Virus record (IMG/VR): IMGVR_UViG_2874945390_000005
Source: a virus
Lineage: Duplodnaviria > Heunggongvirae > Uroviricota > Caudoviricetes
Strand: one strand, 5' to 3'
Length of the DNA: 23,639 nucleotides
Made by a program: the position numbers and the translations under genes. Below the pieces are notes generated by a model that searched no databases, was not told the origin of the DNA, and saw only the letters and a list, made by a program, of their open reading frames with translations. Below, one piece after another: positions 17,778-23,639 of this stretch. Every line of letters starts with the position of its first letter. Positions within the stretch are counted from its first letter, which is position 1.

Positions 17778-18596
17778 ATGTGTCAGGTATTTGGTGTATC
17801 CAGGAGCGGTTATTACAACTGGGTACAGCATGAACCCTCAGACAGAAAACAAAGTGATGAGCGGCTAAAACTGGAGATTAAGGTGGCACATATCCGCACT
17901 CGCGAAACATATGGAACCCGGCGGCTCCAGACGGAGCTGGCAGAGAATGGCATCATCGTTGGTCGTGACCGACTGGCACGTCTTCGTAAGGAGCTAAGGC
18001 TACGCTGTAAGCAGAAACGCAAGTTCAGAGCGACTACGAACCCGAACCACAATCTGCCAGTTGCGCCAAATCTGCTGAACCAGACGTTCGCTCCTACAGC
18101 ACCAAATCAGGTCTGGGTGGCGGACCTGACGTATGTTGCCACACAGGAGGGATGGTTGTACCTCGCTGGCATCAAAGATGTTTATACGTGCGAAATTGTC
18201 GGCTACGCCATGGGAGAGCGCATGACAAAAGAGCTGACAGGTAAAGCCCTGTTTATGGCGCTCAGGAGCCAGCGCCCACCTGCCGGGCTAATCCACCACT
18301 CTGATCGAGGTTCACAGTACTGCGCATACGATTACCGGGTCATACAGGAGCAGTTTGGTCTGAAAACATCAATGTCGCGTAAAGGTAACAGTTACGACAA
18401 CGCTCCGATGGAAAGCTTCTGGGGAACGCTGAAAAATGAGAGCCTGAGCCACTATCGTTTTAATAACCGGGATGAAGCCATCTCAGTAATACGGGAATAC
18501 ATTGAGATTTTCTACAATCGTCAGCGTCGTCACTCTCGTCTGGGGAATATCTCCCCGGCAGCCTTCAGGGAAAAATATCATCAGATGGCTGCTTAA
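17778..18596 (+). CDS. IS600 OrfB (copy 2)
   Basis: Protein identical to the copy 1 OrfB. Confidence 0.9.
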   Translation: MCQVFGVSRSGYYNWVQHEPSDRKQSDERLKLEIKVAHIRTRETYGTRRLQTELAENGIIVGRDRLARLRKELRLRCKQKRKFRATTNPNHNLPVAPNLLNQTFAPTAPNQVWVADLTYVATQEGWLYLAGIKDVYTCEIVGYAMGERMTKELTGKALFMALRSQRPPAGLIHHSDRGSQYCAYDYRVIQEQFGLKTSMSRKGNSYDNAPMESFWGTLKNESLSHYRFNNRDEAISVIREYIEIFYNRQRRHSRLGNISPAAFREKYHQMAA

Positions 18597-18989
18597 AAAA
18601 AGAACAAATGGTAGTGTCCGCTATTGCCAGTACACCTCATACTGGCCCCGTCGCGATCGCCTGGATACAGCTATCGACTACCTGAACACTCAGGCCGGTG
18701 AAGGTATCATCCTGAATGCTGATCACATCCCTGAGCGTGACGTCACTCCCGCATCAGATGAGATTATCAATGAGATCACTCAGGCAATCACCGAAATTAA
18801 CAAGACATGGGATGACCTGCTTCCCTTATGTTCCAAAACATTCCGTCGCACGATTGCATCACATGAATATCTCAGTCAGGAAGAAGCTGTCAAAACGCTT
18901 GATTTTGTCAAAAAGAAAGCTGCCAGAAACAAGGCCACGGCGGAAGCGAAAATTCACGCCACCACGGAAAATAGCAGCGAGGCCGTGTC

Positions 18990-19679
18990 ATGACACCAGA
19001 AATTATTCTCCAGCGAACTGGCGTGGATATTACCAGCCTCGACCAGGGCGATGATGGATGGCACAAGCTGAGACTCGGTGTTATCACTGCTTCAGAAGTT
19101 CACAATGTGATAGCAAAGCCACGTTCCGGCAGCAAATGGCCTGATACAAAAATCTCATACTTCCACACCCTGCTGGCTGAAGTTTGTACCGGCGTGGCAC
19201 CGGAAGTTAACGCTAAGTCGCTCGCATGGGGAAAGCAATACGAAGATGATGCCCGTGCCATCTTCGAATTTATCGCGGATGTTACCGTCTCGGAAACGCC
19301 AATAATTTTTCGTGACGAAAGCATGCGCACCGCCTGCTCTCCCGACGGTTTATGCAGCGACGGTAACGGCCTTGAGCTTAAATGCCCCTTCACTTCCCGC
19401 GACTTCATGAAGTTCCGGCTTGGCGGCTTTGACGCTATCAAGCCTGCTTACATGGCCCAGGTGCAATTCAGCATGTGGGTTACAGACAAGGACGCCTGGT
19501 ACTTCGCCAACTACGACCCACGCATGAAGCGTGAAGGCCTGCATTATGTCGTGGTCGAGCGGGATGAAAAGTACATGACGAGTTTTGATGAGATGGTGCC
19601 GGAGTTCATCGACAAAATGGACGAAGCACTGGCGGAAATTGGTTTTGTATTTGGAGAACAATGGGGGGTTAATAACTAA
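18990..19679 (+). CDS. exo: Lambda-type 5'-3' exonuclease (Red-alpha / YqaJ family)
   Basis: [47 protein letters not shown]...[20 protein letters not shown]... is close to lambda Exo as recalled. ATG overlaps the recT stop (ATGA). Confidence 0.9.
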   Translation: MTPEIILQRTGVDITSLDQGDDGWHKLRLGVITASEVHNVIAKPRSGSKWPDTKISYFHTLLAEVCTGVAPEVNAKSLAWGKQYEDDARAIFEFIADVTVSETPIIFRDESMRTACSPDGLCSDGNGLELKCPFTSRDFMKFRLGGFDAIKPAYMAQVQFSMWVTDKDAWYFANYDPRMKREGLHYVVVERDEKYMTSFDEMVPEFIDKMDEALAEIGFVFGEQWGVNN

Positions 19680-20158
19680 TGGATGAAGTGATTTTTACTT
19701 ATAACGAAGAATCAGCACTGACCGCCGGACAAGGTGGTTTTATTACCGAAACGGGTGCGCATATCATTAACATCACCGAAGCAGAACTCAAGCAATCAGA
19801 AAAAGGTGCCCGATTCATTGAGTTTTCTGGAGAATCCGACGACGGACGGAAAATCCAATATCTCAGTGTTTGTGTTCAGAAGAATGACGGCACTGAAAAT
19901 AAATTTGGGGCGAGCATTATTCACGCCATGATGGGATGCACAGGAATTGGGCAGTTAACGCAACATATGGTTTCCGTCAGTAAATATGTTGCACCTGAGT
20001 TTCACGGAAAGAAAATCGGACTCGTCCTCCAGAAAGTATTAACCACAAACAGAAAGACTGGCGCAGACAGTTACCAGATGGAAATCCGCATTCCATTCAT
20101 TGCAGAAACAGGGCAGACACTGAAAGAAAAACTGAAGGAAAGAAACCAGAAACTGTAG
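19679..20158 (+). CDS. Hypothetical phage protein, 159 aa
   Basis: ATG overlaps the exo stop (TAATG); function not recognised. Confidence 0.6.
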   Translation: MDEVIFTYNEESALTAGQGGFITETGAHIINITEAELKQSEKGARFIEFSGESDDGRKIQYLSVCVQKNDGTENKFGASIIHAMMGCTGIGQLTQHMVSVSKYVAPEFHGKKIGLVLQKVLTTNRKTGADSYQMEIRIPFIAETGQTLKEKLKERNQKL

Positions 20159-20379
20159 CAAATATGGTTTCCACTCTCAAAGACAAAGACAATCGCAGCA
20201 AAAACGTAAGCCAGAATCATGCAGATGATTATGGTTACAGCCAGAACGATTACCCTCCTTTCTGATTACTGAAAATAAGGCTCCCATTAATGCCAGCGCC
20301 TCTGTATGGTGCGGATGACCCGCGCAACTGCTCCGGTAGCTCCAAGGCGGAGGTGCTGGAAAATATCAAAATGAAGTGG

Positions 20380-21528
<1,149 letters not shown>

Positions 21529-21548
<20 letters not shown>

Positions 21549-22194
21549 TGGAGCACCTGTGTTGTTCTGAGGTGAGCATATCACCTCTGTTCAGGTGGCC
21601 AAATTCAGTGTGCCACTTTACATTATCAAGTTGCTTGTTACGTGATGCCAAGATGTTCTGTTTGGCAATTTCACAGAGTTCTTCATCGCTCTTATCGGTC
21701 ATGTAAATAAACTGACCAGCACCTCTTGAAGCTTTAACCATCTTCACAATCCGGTATCCATCAGGAAGATTATTAATCACGTCTGGGATATTCTCAGGAA
21801 AAGTACCAAAACCATCATTATCTGTATATGTGAAGTAAACATACGGCTTTTGTGACAATTCATCCTGAATCTCAAATTCTGATGGCTCAATAGCTGATTG
21901 CATCAAGGTAACTTTGCTGTAAGCGTCATCAAGTTTAAGACGCTGTGCTTTTAGCAGTGGGTAATATTCACGCTCAAGATTAAATAATGCTTCACTCTTG
22001 CAAATATCAGGCATCTCTTGAGGTTCAGGAGTCACAAAGATGATTTCCTTTGGTGACATCTTTAGCTCTTGCTCAAGCTTAATTCTTTCATTGTGTTCTT
22101 TACGCTGAATAGTGATAGCTGGATGTTCAGTCTGTGGTGACCAGTCACCGAAGCTATCAATCTTTCTGCCGTTAATAAATAAATCGTTTGTCAT
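21529..22194 (-). CDS. Unknown protein in a low-GC block, 3' end replaced by the IS911 terminus; native part about 21622..22194
   Basis: ATG at 22194-22192 with GAGGAAA upstream ([44 protein letters not shown]...). The last 30 or so codons are read from the IS911 inverted repeat. Confidence 0.45.
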
Positions 22195-22216
22195 TACTAT
22201 TTCCTCTTCTAAGTAA

Positions 22217-22306
22217 TATTCAGTTTTTAAAAAGCACACCTGACAGCCTACGAACTTAGAAGAGACTTAAAAGCGTTTGCCAAGTGCGCTTTTTAAAAAC
22301 TGAATA
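22217..22306. repeat. Perfect 19-bp inverted repeat (tattcagtttttaaaaagc / gctttttaaaaactgaata) separated by 52 bp
   Basis: Arms at 22217-22235 and 22288-22306, read directly from sequence; located 23-112 nt upstream of the 22194 start. Confidence 0.7.
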
Positions 22307-22657
22307 GCCCTAGATAATTTCTTATAAAGGGCCATTCATAAGGTGAAGAAATTAAAAGAACATCTAAAGGATTCAATAACGAATGAACAAAGACTTTTTG
22401 AGATAGCCTATCTAGTGTGGGCTAAATATGCCATGACGAAAAGCATTGCACCTTTCAGAATGACTATCCCTAGATGTAGATGGAATTGTTGAAAGAAATA
22501 AGAGAGAATTGCTCTCCCATACTTAAAATTATGGCATACCTAAGGTTATTTGTCAACAGCTTTTTAACAGATTGGTAACATTAATTTTTATTTACTGTGT
22601 TACCTACCCAGCAACCAACAAATAAGCCAAGCAACGTCCAAGCAATTATTAAACCCA

Positions 22658-22981
22658 TTAGTGAACCCTCACAGAATCCGTAACCAAAATATTGTCAGCG
22701 TACAAAATTGCTATAGCCGCCTTGAGATATTTTTCAGGGCTAACGCTGTATCGGTTAGTTTCCTCAATAATAAGACGCTTCATGTTTGAGTCGCTAACAG
22801 GAAACATAAAACGTGGGTCACCAGTTTCAATTTCCTGAATAAAATCTTCAATTGCTTCTGAGTTCTCAGCCATTAGTTTTAACAGCCTGTCAAAGTCAAT
22901 GCTAATACCTGCATCAGTGAAATGCTGAATCATCAGAGCGGTGTTGGCATCAATCATAATTTGCATTGAGTAATTGTTCAT
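22658..22981 (-). CDS. Unknown protein, 107 aa, low GC
   Basis: ATG at 22981-22979 preceded by AAGGAG (MNNYSMQIMIDANTALMIQHFTDAGISIDFDRLLKLMAENSEAIEDF...). Confidence 0.5.
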   Translation of the reverse strand: MNNYSMQIMIDANTALMIQHFTDAGISIDFDRLLKLMAENSEAIEDFIQEIETGDPRFMFPVSDSNMKRLIIEETNRYSVSPEKYLKAAIAILYADNILVTDSVRVH

Positions 22982-23139
22982 TTTTAAAATCTCCTTTTTT
23001 TTACCAGACCTCCTCAATCGCTCTGTAACGAGCTAAACAGTCTTTTTCAGGGGTAGCCTGTACAGTGGTATTACCCACCCTAAAATAAGATAGTTTTTTG
23101 CGTTAGAATGCGATTGAGAGCGTCTGAGAAGCTGTTTTT

Positions 23140-23427
23140 CTAATTTCTCTTAAAGTCTCGGACTTGCATAAGATTTTTGGGTCTGGTATCGGCTCTGTTA
23201 CCATTTCGATGGATAATTTGCTTATTGGATTGATAGCCATGATAAAGGAACCAGACAACATATTTCACGTAGAAAGTATATCGGCCTATATTAAATGTTT
23301 TGTTGCCGTAGTCGTCGGTATTTATCGTGACTGACTCTCCATCAGACCAGCACAGGGAATCACTGGATTCATCATAGATAAGGTGTTCTGTAAAATATCG
23401 TCTAACATCTTCATGCCAAGGTTTCAT
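23140..23427 (-). CDS. Small HNH-type endonuclease (HNH_3-like motif IIHRNGNRADTRPKNL)
   Basis: 95-aa ORF; motif H-x-N-G-N...N-L near the C-terminus; its start overlaps the upstream ORF stop (ATGA). Confidence 0.55.
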   Translation of the reverse strand: MKPWHEDVRRYFTEHLIYDESSDSLCWSDGESVTINTDDYGNKTFNIGRYTFYVKYVVWFLYHGYQSNKQIIHRNGNRADTRPKNLMQVRDFKRN

Positions 23428-23639
23428 AAAACCTCCTCACCCCAATAACCTAATTCAATCTTGTGACGCTCAAACCATTCTGGTTTAACTGCTGTTTTCA
23501 GTGCTTCATTTGGGCCAATGGCTTTAATGAAAATATCTTTTGAGTTATGGATGTCACCGAATCCGTTTCCTTCAATCAGGAGGTCGGAGATGTAGCGAAT
23601 CATTTTATCCGTGTGGTATTCAAAGGTAACGCATAGCAT
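23424..23639 (-). CDS. Unknown protein, possibly 5'-truncated at the window edge
   Basis: ORF reaches the last base of the window; translationally coupled to the HNH gene. Confidence 0.4.
   Translation of the reverse strand: MLCVTFEYHTDKMIRYISDLLIEGNGFGDIHNSKDIFIKAIGPNEALKTAVKPEWFERHKIELGYWGEEVL

Larger units (their letters stand above)
17376..18639 (+). mobile_element. IS600 copy 2 with 3-bp target duplication TAC (17373-17375 and 18640-18642)
   Basis: Identical to copy 1 over 1264 bp; same orientation. Confidence 0.9.
16725..18993 (+). pseudogene. recT: RecT-family single-strand annealing protein split by IS600 copy 2 (N-part to 17375, C-part 18640..18993)
   Basis: ...EIEVIRACSKAGNNGGSSPWDSFPDEMARKAIVKRASKY runs into the IS. 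After the duplicated TAC it resumes in frame as WPRRDRLDTAIDYLNTQAGEG... The probable start is ATG 16776 (MFDIVEFV); 16725 is the ORF-track alternative. Confidence 0.8.

Noticed and set aside
20164-20265. 33-codon plus-strand ORF after the 159-aa gene (MVSTLKDKDNRSKNVSQNHADDYGYSQNDYPPF)
   Set aside because: Weak RBS, hydrophilic low-complexity product, no coupling signal; insufficient support.
22320-22470. About 49-codon plus-strand ORF in the AT-rich spacer (..KKLKEHLKDSITNEQRLFEIAYLVWAKYAMTKSIAPFRMTIPRCRWNC)
   Set aside because: Start codon and RBS are ambiguous and the orientation is opposite to the flanking operon; may be a chance ORF in AT-rich DNA.

Overview
This window reads as an IS-riddled, rearranged remnant of a lambdoid prophage, plus a lower-GC block of unknown genes at the right end; I did not find a clearly novel multi-gene system. 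All identifications are by reading the six-frame translations and raw sequence and by recall of known families; no database search was run. Left to right: a frame-broken lambda-type int with intact xis (1-1269); two paralogous ORF6N-type genes, one split by an IS630 insertion; small accessory genes; IS2 carrying a nested IS629; an Ea22/DUF551-like gene; IS600 copy 1; a leftward module (zinc-ribbon ORF, SF2 DEAH helicase, two small ORFs, Cro-like HTH) divergent from a lambda-cI-like repressor; a hicA/hicB-like toxin-antitoxin pair in the slot lambda uses for rexAB; a structured non-coding leader; then a rightward operon rha (frameshifted) - two small ORFs - Gam-like ORF with in-frame TAG - RecT-family gene (split by IS600 copy 2) - lambda-type exo - 159-aa ORF; IS911; and low-GC genes including an HNH-type endonuclease. 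The most interesting items are the leader between the immunity region and the rightward operon (boxB-like hairpin, two orphan terminators, no ORF), the amber-interrupted gam-like gene, a strongly supported 27-aa hydrophobic peptide ORF, the hicAB pair with a consensus promoter, and the IS copies lacking target duplications that mark rearrangement junctions. The IS repertoire (IS2, IS629, IS600, IS630, IS911) is typical of Shigella/E. coli chromosomes, but no host core gene is present to confirm this.
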